Notes: a model not told the origin generated them from the sequence alone. A stretch of 64,000 bases of DNA from Eledone cirrhosa (GCA_964016885.1 OZ024743.1:64604001-64668000); one strand, 5' to 3'. Shown: positions 32,583 to 48,255, counted from the first letter of the stretch. Numbers and translations: made by a program.

Positions 32583-32652
<70 letters not shown>

Positions 32653-32774
32653 AGAAATACTGTATATATTTTATCAAATGATTCTATGGACTTACTTTCT
32701 TATATATTGCTCTGATTGTTGATTATTTAATTAATTAATTCGTCATTGAGCCACACCGTGAATGGTTGCCAAAA

Positions 32775-32818
<44 letters not shown>

Positions 32819-34214
32819 ATGGCTCTGTCTAGTTTATGTATATGTAAACCTATATATTTTATATACTCCCGTATGGTTGAGTAAACATTTAGGCAGTATT
32901 CGGCTGCGCTTTCTAGCAACAGAGCCTACTCGCCGTTAGGCACCAATCACAAGCTTTCTGACTTGACCACTGGCCATGTGACAATTTTTAGCCATTTTGA
33001 ATTCGTTTCTGGCGGGGATCATTTAAGAAAAATCTTTGTCCAATTGAGTTTGTTTCCTGATAATTTCGAAACTTGTGAATTTATCCATGATCTGATATTT
33101 CCAAAAAGCGAATGACACCTCATGGGTAGAAACATAATTTTGGTATGTACATTTTTTCTTCTAACTTTGATTTTGTACCTAATTGTGTATGGTTGGGTAT
33201 ATCTCTAATCAATTTCTACGGGCTATTAGAAATACTAGGTAAATCTTCTGTGGCTGTTGATCGTGGATAAATAGCTATCATTTATTTATCTATTGTTTCT
33301 TCATAGGTATATTTTAAACTTATTGCCTCGTTTAATTGATTTTTTGTGTGGTTAATTATGCTGATTGGGAGGAGAAATACTGTATATATTTTATCAAATG
33401 ATTCTGTGGACTTACTTTCTTATATATATATATATATATATATTAAAATAACATTAAAGTTTAAGCAAAGAATCGCTGCCTTCACTCTTAACGGGATCTT
33501 CTGAAACTAAAAAAAATCAATCTGTGAACGCAGAAGTAAATATTTCGAAAAACGTTGCAACCGAAGTAAGACAGGAAGACGATACTTTGGTTCGTGGAAA
33601 CGTTCCCTGGCAAAGAAGGGAAAAAAACGAAGATAATACGTCATTATTTGGAGCGGTGAGTTCAAATCCCGCCGAGGTTAACTTTGTCTTTCATCCTCAC
33701 GGGGTCGATAAAATAAAGTACCAGTAATGCACTGGGTAATTGCTGGCCTTGTGCCAAAAGTAGAAACAATTATTTGGAACGGTGAAAACAATTACACGCA
33801 AAGACAAAATCACGTTTATGGTATAACTGAAGTCGTAGACTAAAATTCTATTTAGGAAACCGAATGATTCTCGGCTTCAGAGTTAAGAAATATGTAAATA
33901 AAATTACAGTGGTTATTGAAATCAACAATAATTAAAATATATAGATGCACGATCCATATACGTACATACACATGCATACGCGGAAACACCCACCATAGGT
34001 ATGCAAATACAGGCACGTACACAAAACCACGCGCACACATACAAAAACCCACGCAACGCTTGTACCTGCACACATACGAATGAATACACCAAATACACAA
34101 AAAACATATATTTGCTCTACGGTACTTTTATATTTGATATATATTTATCCTTAGTCTTTAGTCTTCAAATATATATATTTATCTTTAGTCTTTAGTCTTC
34201 AAATTTATTATTAT

Positions 34215-34264
<50 letters not shown>

Positions 34265-34781
34265 AAAAAAAAAATTCTTTCTTCCTAATAACCGTCTTTC
34301 TCCCTGTTTTCATATATATATATATAATATATGTTCATGTGTGTATCTGTGTGTGCGTGTGTGTGTACGTGTGAGTGTACGTGTGTGTGTACGTGTGTGT
34401 ATGTGTGTATACATGTGTGAGTACGTGTGTGTGTGTACGTATGAGTGTATGTGTGCTCACATATATGAATAATTTACGTAGCAACATATATTAAACATTA
34501 GGTTACATATCAACATATCCGCTCAATGTTCATTTGAAGATACTTTAATGGACACGCCTTCCGTATAAGACGTCATAACAATCTCGACCAATAAAATCTT
34601 GTGAAAATTCCCATGCCTTATTTGAGGTGGTGGAAACTAATATAGTGGTGGTGATAGCTGTAATGTGTTTACGATGGTGTTCCGATAACTGGGCGGAGTC
34701 AACAGAAGGACCTACCTTATGCTTAATATTCATTTTTCAATGATGGAATAGTTACGAATTACGTGTGTAGACGTGTGGACC

Positions 34782-34927
<146 letters not shown>

Positions 34928-36213
34928 ATTTGTAAAAATACAAGCAAAACACGCACAAACACACGTACACTCATATATACACATATACACACGAATGCAT
35001 ACGTAGACACATACATACAATGTACACATGCCCTCTCTATATTTTTACCCTTTTTATTCTCAGCATAAACACATCCCCACCCAACAATCTCCACCCACAC
35101 GCCTCACCAATTGCTGGCCTTGTGCCTATATTGCAACCGTTGACCCTCAAGACTGTGTAGCAGATATTTCGTATTTCCATAATTCATTTTGTATATTCTC
35201 GTATATAAGCGGGGTTTGGAATAAACGGAGGTGGAATAAGTGGGGGCGGGGATTGGAATAAACGGGGGTGGGGTTAGAATAAACGGCGGGGGTGAAAAAT
35301 CGAATTTTTCTAGGTTGTTCGGTTGAATTTATTTTTTAAACAAAAATTGGTCATTTACGTAGTTTACATCTTGAGATCCAAACCCATCCTATTTATTTTA
35401 TAATGTATGGGATTTGTAGTAATGTTCTTTTTTCTCATGTGTAATGAATTTTAATGTCTAAACAAAATTAATCGTCACAGGAATGCTACCCATTAAAATA
35501 AAATTTCACCAGAGATAGATTAACAAAATTTAATAAGCTGTGAGGGGGAGTGAAAAAAAAATCTGAAAAATTAATAAGCGGGGGTGGGCGATTATTCGAG
35601 ACCCGAGAGTACTTTGTCTGAAATAGCAGCGTTCCTAAATCTATATGTGTATTAATGTTTCAAGGTCTTTTTGCTCCATCTTCAGAATCTGACAGTGATC
35701 AGTATACACTAGAAAAACATCGAAAATTAAAGAAGTTTCTCATCAACACAAAAATACAGATTAGTAAACCACAGAACGTACTGCAGATACTTGGCATGTA
35801 TGGTCCTGTAACTCCTGATGGTGTCGCAGGGTGCCGTATTAGCATACGATGTTTCTTGGGCCTTTTTAAGCCTGGCGGAGCCCATCTCCTCTCCAGGTCT
35901 GAACAGCAGATTTCTTCCAGAGAAGGATAGAGAGAGTGACAGAGTGGAAGTGAGAAAGATATATAGAGGAAGAGTTAACCCCAGTACTAGACTGGTACTT
36001 TTTTATCGACCTGGAATGGTTGAAAAGCAAAGTTGATCTCAGCGGGATTTGAATTCAGAGAGCAGAGAGCCGAAACAAATACCCCAAAGCACTTTATCCG
36101 ACGTTCGTTAGACTCTGCCAATTCGCCGACTTGTACTGCAGATAACCAATGTGATATAAAATAAAATACAGCATACAGAAAGTCACATTTTTCAATTCAT
36201 TCAACGCTAGTGA

Positions 36214-36460
36214 AGGTGTATGGCTTAGTGGTTAGAGCATTGGGCCTGAAATCGAAAGGTTGTGAGTTCAATTCTCGGACCGAGTGTTGTATTGTTTCCT
36301 TGAGCAACACACTTTATTTCACGTTGCTCCAGTTTACTCAGCTGTAGAAATGAGATGATAGGACTGGGGTCCCTATCATTAAATTACCCAAGACACCTCC
36401 AACGAGATATACCTTGGAGGAGGCCAGCTAAACCTGCGTAGGTGTGAGCTGTCCCACACA
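36214..36460 (+). mobile_element. Second tRNA-derived SINE family; copies at ~6000-6137(-), 7430-7650(-), 46822-47050(+), 52485-52710(-)
   Basis: tggcttagtggttagagc...gagttcaattc head followed by the conserved ccttgagcaacacactttatttcacgttgctccag block. Confidence 0.8.
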
Positions 36461-36539
36461 CAGTGTGTTGCACATTTTACATGCTAAGTCCATTGTCTAT
36501 CTATTTCTAATGTTCATATATAATTGTAAAGTGCGTAGA

Positions 36540-37184
36540 AACTACAAGCTAATCTATCAATGGCCTAACTGTTTCACAGATATCTGACCAGGACTGCTAC
36601 AGATACCTGGGGATAGATGAGAATATAATATTAAAGATTAGCGAAAAGGAGAATATCTATGCAGAACTAATGAGAAATCTACAGATACTCCACCCTGACT
36701 ATACCTTTAGATTTATACCTGTGATTACTGGTGGTCAGGGATATGTTAGTAACTGCGCTGGGCTTCAACCAGAAAGAGCATGGCTAGTTAGGATGTTTCA
36801 AGTACAGTCCATTAATTGGAATGTAAAACTTTTCAGAAATTCTGCTTGCAATAACAGCATATACACATTTATAGATACAGAAACATATGCACATGTACTC
36901 ATAAAACTCAAAACATACACCTCTACACATACAATAACATCCATACCTGCACACACACATACACACACAAGCGCGCGCGCATGCAGACACACTCACACAC
37001 ACATATATACACACACACGCGCGCGCATGCAGACACACTCACACACACACACACATACACACACACACACGCATACGCATGCAGACACACACACACACAC
37101 AGACATACGCATGCAGACATGTATACATATTTACCTAACCTATATCTAAATTCCAATGAGACTTGTCTCTATGTTAGAAACCGA

Positions 37185-37228
<44 letters not shown>

Positions 37229-37249
37229 CGCTCTTTCTTCTCTCTCTCG

Positions 37250-37309
<60 letters not shown>

Positions 37310-37493
37310 CCCTCTCTATCTCTATTGGCTTCTACTTTTGGCACAAAGCCCGCAATTATCCCAGTGCATTACTGGTACTTTATGTTATCGACCTCGTAAT
37401 GATGAAAGGCAAAGTTAACCTCGGCAGGATTTGAACTCAGAAATTAAAGGGCCATAACTCTATGCTGCAAAGCCCGAATAATGAAACCAGAAC
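36540..37493 (+). mobile_element. Internally deleted derivative of the R4/Dong-like LINE, with a SINE in its 3'UTR
   Basis: An RT piece (matching 41340-41410) is fused to an RLE piece (MRNLQILHPDYTFRF). It has the same 3' terminus aaaccagaa+(cata)n. Confidence 0.8.
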
Positions 37494-37544
37494 ATACATA
37501 CATACATACATACACACACACGCATACATACATACATACATACA

Positions 37545-37576
<32 letters not shown>

Positions 37577-38710
37577 CATGCATACATACATACATACATA
37601 CATACATTCATACATACATACATACATAAATACACACACATACACACATACATACACACATAATGGCTGCCCCCTCGTTATCGAGTATGGCTATTGCACG
37701 ATATAACATTATTAATATTAATATTGATATTAATTAATTGTTTCTACTTTAGGCACAAGGCCAGCAATTACCCAGTTCATTACTGGTACTTTATTTTATC
37801 GACCCGTAAGGATGAAAGGCAAAGTCAAGCCGTGCAATGCCTGTATGTGAAGATCCTTTTTTAAGTGAGAGAGACTGTGCACTGAGCCAATCCCACTCTC
37901 TGAGCGACAGTAGCTATAACCCGAAAAGAAGAAAAGATCAACATCATCGGTAACTGCTGAGCCGCAGATTTTATGTCGGAGTTAACCCAGTTCCCTGAGC
38001 TCCCTTCTCCTAGAAGAATGCCCTGACAAAGGCTAAGGGTCCTTCACTCCCAGTGGTTTAACCGCGCGATCAGGTATCCAGCCCAATTATTTCTGTCCCC
38101 GCGCATATACTTACATATACATTTGCATACAAGTATACACATATATATATATATATATATATACAAATGTATATATGAATATACATATTTACACATTTTG
38201 GGATGGCCGTTGACTCTTATGAGTTCTTCCGCCCTTTGTCAGGTTTTGTTTTTTGTCCTGCAGGGTGTCCAAAATCACCCTCCTCACCAAGTAAACTTGG
38301 TGGGGTTGCCGGTTTAGTCACCGAGACCCGACCCTGCGACAGGTTGTACTGGGTTACATGTTACTAGTAGCACTCAAGAGTGACCTGACATACACACACA
38401 CACACACACACACGTACACACATACATACATACATGCATACATACATACATACATACATACATACATACATACATACATACATACATACATACATACATA
38501 CATACATACATACATACATACATACATACATACATACATACATACATACATACATACATACATACATACATACATACATACATACATACATACATACATA
38601 CATACATACATACATACATACATACATACATACATACATACATACAGTCAGTCAGTCAGTCAGTCAGTCAGTCAGTCAGTCAGTCAGTCAGTCAGTCAGT
38701 CAGTCAGTCA

Positions 38711-41700
38711 ACGCGATCAGTCGCATATTTTGGCGTGAGAGACTATTTATTAAATTTAAGATGAATACTATCTCCGACAGTAATGCCACAACTACAGTCG
38801 GGTTGAATAACTGGTTATTCTTCTAACTATCCCTTCTGAAGACACCTTTTATTCGAATTCGTAGAGATATCCGACTAAATACATAATTCATTTTACAAGG
38901 ATTTGCTACAAACAGCATGGCTGAACACAACATCAACAAGAAAATTAAGGAAGTATCGAAGACAAATAACAAAGAAGGTAATCAAACTTTATTCAGTTGT
39001 AGCTACAGAAGAAACCGAAATTATAAATCGCATTTCTCTTGGAGTTGCGAACTTAATAATTGTTTCTACTTTAGGCACAAGGCCAGCAATTACCCAGTGC
39101 ATTACTGGTACTTCATTTTATCGACCCCGTAAGGATGAAAGGCAAAGTCAACCTCGGCGGGATTTGAACTCAGATCGTAAAGGGACGTAACTATGCTGGA
39201 AAGCATGGCGTCCGACCCTCTACCGATACTGCCAATCCAAATAATGATTTATTTAATTGTTATAAAATGGCAAAAAACAATCCCTCCATTGGCTATATGA
39301 ATATAATGAAGCTACACTGGGACGAAATGCACCCAGAGCTAAATTATTTCACAGCGAAACAATTACGCCAACAAGCGACATTTGTTGAACGTAAAAATAA
39401 GATAAATATTATTAATTGTAAGTCCCCCACAACAAACATGGAATCAACAACACGTGCTACAGATCGCCATGCTACTAGACTTCCTAGCAGCCAGGTCGAA
39501 CAGCGCCTTGAAACAACTGTGCCTGTACCATCTAAGTCTACCTCGAATGCTGGGGAAAACACTATCGATAATAATAATAATCGAAGAAATAATAATAATA
39601 ATCGAATAAATGTGACACCACGTGTACCATCCGAGTCTACCTCGACTGTTGTGGAAAATACTATCGATAATGATAATCAAAAGTATAAACAATTGAAAAT
39701 TTCCCTCAACGAAATCTTCCAGAGAGAAATTAACTCATGTATAAATATCTCTCTGGCTGAACGTGTTAAAATGACAATGGTGAATAAAAAACCAAATAAT
39801 GAAATACTACGTGTTATTGACGAAATAGGGGATGAATATTTACGACGGATAAAAACCCCAACATTTTGGCAAATCAACGCCTGTTTATATGCCTTAGCAA
39901 TGACAGTGAAGCATTATCTTGGTGATTGCAGAGATATTAACAAGAACAAAACACCACCAAACATACCATCATATATAACTAAAATAGAAAAAAAGAGTGC
40001 TGACCTACGAAAAAACATAGGTCATGTGATAATGCTCCTTACATGCAAACAAACACAAAAAAAACTCACTCCTCACCAACAAAGAGTGAAAAATAAAATA
40101 GAGACGATGTTTGGTAACAGTAGAACCAGAACTCTCCAATATAAGCTGATCACCCTCAAACAAGAATTGAGAGCTGTTAGCGAAAAACACCGATACCTGA
40201 AGAAGGTAGATGAGAGAAAAATGCTTAATAAAAGATTCAGACATCAGTCTATAGAGATATGAAGGGCAAAATAATAAGTGTCACTGAGGCCCCATCCCAG
40301 AAATGGAGAAAAATATGGGGTGAAAAGAAGAAGTTCAACCAAGATGCAGTGTGGCTAAGAGAAATTCGAAAGAACTATTGCTCCTACACTACAACAAAAA
40401 CATACGAAATAAGTGAGGGTACCCTTGAGACTGTGATAGGAAAACTCCAAGATAAGAAAACACCAGGAAGAGACATGATTGTCGGCTACTGGTACAAAAA
40501 ACTAATATTCTATCGGAGGTATCTTACTGACCTCTACCAACAAGTTCTTAAGGGAGATACACTTATACCAGAATGGTTGACATTAGCACAAACGTTACTG
40601 GTCCCCAAGAACAAAGACACCCACTTGGCAAAAGACTACCGACCCATTGCATACCAGAACCTAATGTATAAGATGTATACAGCCTGCCTCAACCTATTCC
40701 TCCAAGATCACTGTGAAAATAATAACATCATCAGAGATGAACAAGCAGCTGAAAAGAAAAGGGTTTGGGGATGTGCTGAACAACTCCTAATCAACAAAAC
40801 TGCGATGTCGGATGCGACAACTTAGGAGGAATATAACTACAGTCTGGCTGGATTACAAGAAAGGTTTCGATTCTGTTCCCCGCTCTTGAATGATAGAGGC
40901 CCTCCAACTTTCTAAAGTCCCAGACATTATTGTCAGAGCCATAGAGAGGCTGTCTTCTTCTTGGGCTACTATCCTAAGGTTAAAGACAGAGAGGGAGGAC
41001 TCTATTTTCACTGATAAAATAAAATATTGCAGGGGTATATTTCAGGGGGACAGTCTCTCTGTGATATTGTTCATCTTGTCATTAAACCCCTTGTCCTTTC
41101 TGCTCAAGAAATGTGAGGGATACATCATTGGCTCACAGGAGGACAGAAATACGAACCTAACCCATAACTTCTTTGTGGACGATCTGAAACTCTATGCCAA
41201 GAACATGGATGGGATGAAGAAAAATCTTGACCTGGTTACAACGTTCTCAAAGGATATAGGAATGGAGTTTGGCCAAGATAATTGCTCATACATGACTGTA
41301 AAGCGGGGAAAAACAACAACCCAATCTAGCAACATTGTCATCAATGGTCTAACTGTTTCACCGATATCTGATGAGGACTGCTACAGATACCTGGGGATAG
41401 ATGAGAACATATCCTATAATGGTATCTGTAATAAAGAACGCGTAACCAGGGAATACTACACCCGATTAAGAAAGATCTGGTCATCGGAACTCTCTGCACA
41501 AAACAAAACAGTGGCTCACAATGTGTTTGCTGTGCCTGTCCTAACACCAACGTTTGGAATACTCGATTGGACGAGAGACGAAATCCGAGCAGTTGATGTT
41601 GGAACTCGAAAAATACTGAACAACACCGGAAACTTCCACATCAACAGTGACATAGACCGCCTTTACTTGAAACGTAGGCAGGGAGGCAGAGGCCTAACAT

Positions 41701-42963
41701 CAGTCCAGACAACATTTGAATGTCGCATCATATCTCTCCGACAACATCTACGAACCTCGAAGCGTAGGAGCCCGCTTCTCGAGCAAGTCTATCTGCATGA
41801 AACAGATAAGATCATGAGAGTTGGGAAGGAACTCCTTGAGAGATATTCCCTGTGTGATAATCAAAAACTCACACCCAGGGATGTCGCTCAGCAGTATCGC
41901 AGTGAATCCATGGATGAAAAACTGCATGCCTATCAGCAAAAAATCATGCATGGATATGTTGCCAGGAAGCTCCAGAGTGAGAGTAATATAGATAAGGAAA
42001 GTAGTCTATCTTGGACCAACAACCGCTATATTGGCTCCCACTTTGAAGGATACGCTTTTGCAATCCAAGAACAGGAGATTAGCACGAAATACCTGATTCA
42101 CAAAAGAGATAGGGATGCAGGCAAAACACCTAGATGTGATAACAAGTGCAGACTCTGCAGAACTAACATCGAGGATATCACCCATGTCATCAGCAGCTGC
42201 CCAAAGATGTCATCGCGGTACTATCTACCTATGAGGCATGATGTAGTGGCCAAAACACTGTACAATGCAGTTCGTAAAAAAGATAGCCCCGATGATAAAC
42301 ACATTAAAAGCTACAACAATGTGGAAGACATCCATGTACACAATATGAAAGAGTACTGGTGGGATGTTCCAGTAAAGACCCCAATAAAATGCAGGCATAA
42401 CAGACCAGATATTATGATATGGGACAGGGAGAAGAAAACATGCACAGTAGTGGAAATTAGCTGCCCAGCAGATGCCAATATAATATCAAAGATTAGTGAA
42501 AAGGAGAATATTTATGCAGAACTGATGAGAAATCTGCAGATACTCCACCCTGATTACACCTTCAGATTTATGCCTGTGATTATTGGGGCACTGGGATATG
42601 TTAGTAACTGCCTCAATACAAATCTTGAGAAGCTAGGCTTCACAGGAACAGAAAGAACACAACTAGTTAGGAAATTACAAGTACAATCCATTAATGGAAC
42701 AGTAAAAATATGTAAAACATTCCAAAAATTTTGCATCTAATAACTGCATATACACATGTACAGATACAAAGCATATACACATGCACACATACAACTCAAA
42801 ACATACACATCCACACATACAATAACATCCATATCTACACATGCATGCATGCAGACATACATACATATGATGTTGTGTAAATTGTAATGAGAGAGTCTTG
42901 TGTCTATGTTAGAAACCGACTCTCTCTCTATTGGTAAAACTTTGTGAAATTATAAAACCAGAA
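38711..42963 (+). mobile_element. R4/Dong-clade non-LTR retrotransposon (RT, CCHC finger, restriction-like endonuclease), disrupted
   Basis: ORF pieces 39267-40262, 40259-40825 and 40890-42740 contain TPGRD, YRPI, GIFQGDSLS, FFVDD, CRLC..HVISSC, RHD and RPD...VVEIS. Frameshift and stops lie at ~40260-40890. A SINE is inserted at 39057-39238. The 5' boundary is approximate. Confidence 0.9.
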
Positions 42964-45199
42964 CATACATACATACATTCATACACACATATACATACAT
43001 ACATACATGGTGGCTGCCAACTCGTTTGCGAGTACGGCCACTACTTTATATCCATGTAGGAGAACCCCTACCGATGCGCTGAACGAGTGTGACTTTTTAG
43101 TCCAGCCAGCGACTTGAAAACTCTGGTACAAACACTACACTTGTGACAATCATTGACACATAGTGCTGGGCCCATGGTACCATGTGACAACAAGTGCAGA
43201 GAGATCTCCAGATACAAAGCAATGCCTGTGCCGTGAAGCTTTTATAGTGAGCAAAGGCACTGCACAAAGCCAGTCCCACTCTCTTAACCAAGATGATATT
43301 TACCAAAAAGAAGAACACGTCAACATCATTGGATACCATCAGGGTTGCAGGTGTTATATCAGAGTTTTCCTTCTCCTAGAATTCTGCCTTGACAAAGGCT
43401 AAGGGGTCATCCCTCCCGGTGATTTTGGATGGCCATTGACTCTTAAGAGCTCCTTTGCCCTTTGACAGGTTTTGTTTTTAGTCCTGCAGGATGTCCAAAG
43501 TCACCCTCCTCACCAAGAAACCTTGGTGGGGTTGCCAGTTTAGTCGCCAACGACCCGACCATGAGACAGGTTGTACTGGGATACATGTTACCAGTAGCAC
43601 CAACTGGTGACCTGACATAACATACATACATACATACATACATACATACATACATACATACATACATACATACATACATACATAGGCATTGTAAAACATT
43701 CAGACCGTTGCTCTACCGACTCTGTTAATCCACCACCCACAGTGATTGAAATATAATGCTTAATACGCCTCCTTACCATTCTCTTTCTAGTTTGTTAACA
43801 AGAGGACGTAATAGAGTTAGCTTTTGTTGTTTTGTTTTAATAAAAAAAAGAAATGCCATTCCCATCTAATTGAGCCTCGTTTTTCACAACACTTATTTCC
43901 ACTGATAAAATATCTCACGTGCAGTCAGCCAGAAATCCACATTAATCTGCTTCTAAATTCTGCTTCCTTCCTCTCTTCCTTTCTTCCTTCCTTCCCTTCC
44001 TCTCTTCTTCTCTTCCTTCTTCCCTTCCTCTTTTCCTTTCTTCCTTCCTTTCTTCCTTCCTTCCCTTCCTCTCGTCTTCCCTCCCCTCTCTCATTCCCCT
44101 TCTTTCCTTCTTCCCTTCCCTTCTTCCTTCCCTCCCTTCTTTTCTTCCTTCTTTCTTCTCTTCCTTCTCTTCCTTCCTCTCTTCTGTCCTTCCCTCTCCC
44201 TCTTTCTTTCCCTCTTCTTCCCTCTTCCCTTCTTCCCTTCTTCTCTTCCTTCATTCCATCCTTTCTTCCTTTCTCTCTTCTTTCCTTCCTCCTCCCCTCT
44301 TTCTTTCCCCCTTCCCTTCTTCCCTTCTTCCTTCCTTCCTTCCTTCCTCCCTTCTTCCCTTCTTCCTTCCTCCCTTGCTTCTCTTTTCCCCTTTCTTTCT
44401 TTCCTTCCTTTTCTTTATACTATATTTTTTATACTTATCTATTATAGTTTTTTTTCCTTTTTAGCTGGTTCTTATTTTTTCTTTTGGTTTTTGTTGTTTT
44501 TGTTTTTTGTTTTTTCCCTACCTTTTTTTTCTCCTGTTTTCTTCTGCTCATCTCCATCATCATCATCACCATCATCATCATAATCATAATCATTATCATC
44601 ACTATCATCATCACCACCACTACCACCAACACCACCACCACCACCACCGCCACCATCCCTACCACCATCACCATCACCACAACCACCATCCCCACAACCA
44701 TCATCACCACCAACACCACACCACCACTACCATCACCACCATTAACACCACCACCACCAATACCACCATCACCACCACCACCATCCCCACCACCATCATC
44801 ACCACCAACACCACACCACCACTACCACCACCACCAACACCACCATCACCACCACAACAACCACCACCACCTCCACCACCTCCACCACCTCCAACACCAC
44901 CATCACCACCACAACCACCACCACGACCACCATCACCACCAACAGGTCATTCCACTCTGTTACCCTTTCTTTCCTCATATATCTTATTTATATATTTATA
45001 TATATATTCGGGGTTTTCAGGGGTTGTCACAGGGGTCACTGCAAATAGGTGATATTTCCACAAGAATACTGGCAAGAAGGACGCAATAGTGATGAGTACT
45101 CTTGAGGTAACGGGAGCCAAAATATCCTCCATCTTTCTTTTATTTTTTTTATTTTCGTTATTGTGGTGGTTTTGTTGTTGTTGCGGTTGTTGTTGTTGC

Positions 45200-45243
<44 letters not shown>

Positions 45244-47899
45244 TGTTGTTGCGGTTGCTGTTGTTGTTGTTGTTGGTGTTGTTGTTGTTGTTGCGGTTGC
45301 TGTTGTTATTGTTGCTGTTGTTGCGGTTGTTGTTGTTAGTGTTGTTGTTGTTGCGGTTGCTGTTGTTGCGGTTGTTGTTGCTGATGTTGATGTTGTTAAT
45401 GTTGAGTTGTTGATGTTGTTGTTGATGTTGGTGCTGCTGTTGTTCTTATAGTTGTTGATGTTGCTGTTGTTGATGGTGTTGTTGTTGGTGCTGTTGTAGA
45501 TGAGATTGTTGTTGTTACTGTTGGTGCTGTTTTTGTTTTTGTTGTTATTGATATTGTTGTTGTTGTTGTTTATGTTCTGCTATAGACGTGAGAAGTAATG
45601 CAAGATCTACTAAATAATTTTCTTATCAGCCGTAGATGTTGGCACAGAAGATAAGACGCAGGATGGCAAGTCTTTTTACGGCTATCTAGTTCACTAGCTT
45701 AGATACCTCACCCCCCCCCCCCTCTCGCTCTCTTTCTCTCTCTCTCTTTCTCTCTCTCTCTCTCCTTCTCACTCACTCTCTGAGTTCAAATCTCACTCGT
45801 GCTCGACCCTGCTTTTCGTTGCTTGTTGGTCGATAAGATAAACATGTGCAATTTACTGAAACCAAATCAATCCCTTATAACCTAGTGAATGTTCTGGGAG
45901 CTCAACCAACTATTTTGTTTCTATTTCATATCAGGCCTTTTTTTTTTCAAATTTTAGTTCTAGTAACCTATATTATCGCTACCTCGATTATACAAGCCCG
46001 GACGGTAAAGGAAAACGCTCTCCCAAAGCGCAGTACCCCTGGCACATATCGCTTCGTGGTCTCAGTGGACAGAGTCGAGAACCTGTTACTACTGAGGATG
46101 GCAAAGGAGACCATTCCAACTCGCGAGGCTCACTCCGTCCTTATAACAGTGAGTAAAGAGGTGTTTCGGGGACTAAAAACACAAAAAGAAAACACTTTTC
46201 AACGTGCAGAACCACAGGCACATGTCACCTCAGGGCCCTAGTGGACAGAGTCAAGAACTTTTTACCACTGAAGATGGCCAATTTCAACTCACGAGGCTTA
46301 CTCCTGTGGGTGGCCAACTCCGTCCCTATAGCAGTGAGTAAAGAAGTTTTTCGAGGACTAAGAACGCCAAAAGACTCCACCATAGCAGGTTTGACAAGAA
46401 GTCAGTTTACTTCATGGGTCTCACTCATGCAGACGGCCAACTCCGCCTCGATAGCAGTGAGGACCAAAAACCCTACAGGTTTCCACCTGTAACTCCCTCT
46501 TTATTTTTCAAAATAAATAAATATATAAAACTTGGAAGTATAAACCCCGAGGACAAATGGAATTCACAAACAGGTCTCGATCGGCATTGGAACTAATGAA
46601 TTTAAATTCCTGTTGTACGAAGTTTGCAAAACCATTTTTTACTAGCCAAATATATAGATTAAGGGCACATAGCTCCTAATGAAGTCGAAAGGGCGCCGCC
46701 ATGATACACGGCTTGTCTTGAGCATTTTAAACCTGGCGGAACCCATCAGTCTCCTGGTCGGAATGCCACCGATGGTCTTACATTAGAAATATGGAAATGA
46801 AAGGGTTAAATTTATTCGGAAAGCGCGTGAACTTGTGGTGGGGTTATTGGACTTACGATCGTAGGTTCGATTCCTGGGCTGGGTTGTGTGTTGTGTTCTT
46901 GAATAAAACATTTCATTTCACCTTGCTCCAGTATACTCAGCGGAAAATGAGTATCAGCAGGAGCTTTAACCCTGCGATAAACTGGCGTCCTGTCCAGGGG
47001 GTTAGTTTTACACTCTCAGTCTTTTAATGCCGAGGAAACTGATGAGCTAGATTTTAATTTAACTTTAACTTAGCTTTTTGAGAGAAGAAAAATATGTTTA
47101 CTAACAGTTTTACTCTTAAACTGTTAATCGTTTATTCTTTAAACTGATTTTTGTAATGCCTAGAGTGAAGGTATGAGCAACCTTTTCCGAGCAGTGGGCC
47201 GCATAGGATATAGGGTCATCGCAATCATATGAGGGTTATTTTTTTTTTTTTTGCCTTATTACTTGGCTGATAAAATGTTATAATTAACAGGGAGGCAAGT
47301 TCACATTGTTGATATTACAAATGATGTTTCACTGTTATTTCATGCTCTGTGTACGTCTCTCAAAATATCATAATTAAATATTGTTTGCGTTAATCTCATT
47401 TTGAAATCCTTATTCCCACTTTTAAGTCGTAAAGTTTCATTTTAAACCCTTTAATCTCACTTCTCATTTTGAATTAACAAGAGCTCACTTAGAACTGGTA
47501 TGTCTTCAATTAAAATTACAAACACTGTAGTTTGGTCTCACTGATTTTCAACTATAATCTCGCCAAAGCTGCCGTTTTATTTCGTATATAAAGGTATGTT
47601 GGCTCAAAGATTCCTTGTTGCTATTTGTTCAATTACTCTAATAGCGCAGGAATTTGTTCCTAATTAAATTGTAGGATTCCTTCATTGGAATTTTAATTGA
47701 ATCAACCATATTGCCTCACATGCTGAACTTTAGAAATGTCTCACATATTTATATTCTTCCACTAACAGATTGGATTTACAAACAATCGTTAGATAATCTT
47801 TGCAGGCTTTTTTTTCCTTTTAGAACAGCCAAATTTTAATGACTAATTTTTGGGGGACAATTACATAATATATGTTTTATTTATAATATGAAAAATACC

Positions 47900-48255
47900 G
47901 AGGATTGTCCGTCCTTTTTCTCTTAATACCGGTCGTTGTCGAGACCTCACTGCCGAGCTGATCCACAAGATCGGAACGTCAGCAGCCCGTCTGAGGAAGG
48001 AGCGTCGCGAGGTGGGGTGACTATTGCAGTAGGTGTTGCTGGCCATTGTCCGCGGTAATGCTTTTGCGGTCTTATCCGCGTGGCGCACCCCCAACACCGC
48101 CGCGCCCTAGGCCTAGAGCCCATCACCCCCTTCCCCCTCCCATTCTTCTCTGACCCTAGAACCCTTGTATTTCCCTTCCTTTTCCGTTTTTAAATATTTG
48201 TACTGTTGTTATTTGAAATAGATTTGCTTATGATTTTTTAATGACTAATTAAACA
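47900..48255 (+). mobile_element. CRE-like RLE LINE 3' fragment
   Basis: ...LLAIVRGNAFAVL resembles the C-terminal S.A..RGNA motif of CRE-type elements. Confidence 0.45.

Noticed and set aside
32820-33420. Possible decayed retroelement coding fragment between TA tracts (also 23880-24180)
   Set aside because: No motif could be assigned with confidence by manual translation; needs BLASTx.
35650-35690. Minus-strand CTGAAGA...GAAA motif
   Set aside because: Stem II and stem I pairings are too weak, it is single copy, and it is not TA-flanked.
36214-36290. tRNA gene
   Set aside because: A/B-box-like head continues into a SINE body found in several copies; no complete cloverleaf.
41369-41375. 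CTGATGA inside the LINE RT (also 50439 in the transposase, 58681 in a GAT repeat, 38836, 47039)
   Set aside because: No stem II followed by GAAA and no stem I partner; chance matches.
43824-45451. Pro/His/Thr-rich and Ser/Leu/Phe-rich ORFs
   Set aside because: Degenerate CTT, CAC/CAT and GTT repeats open in several frames; no domain or splice evidence.
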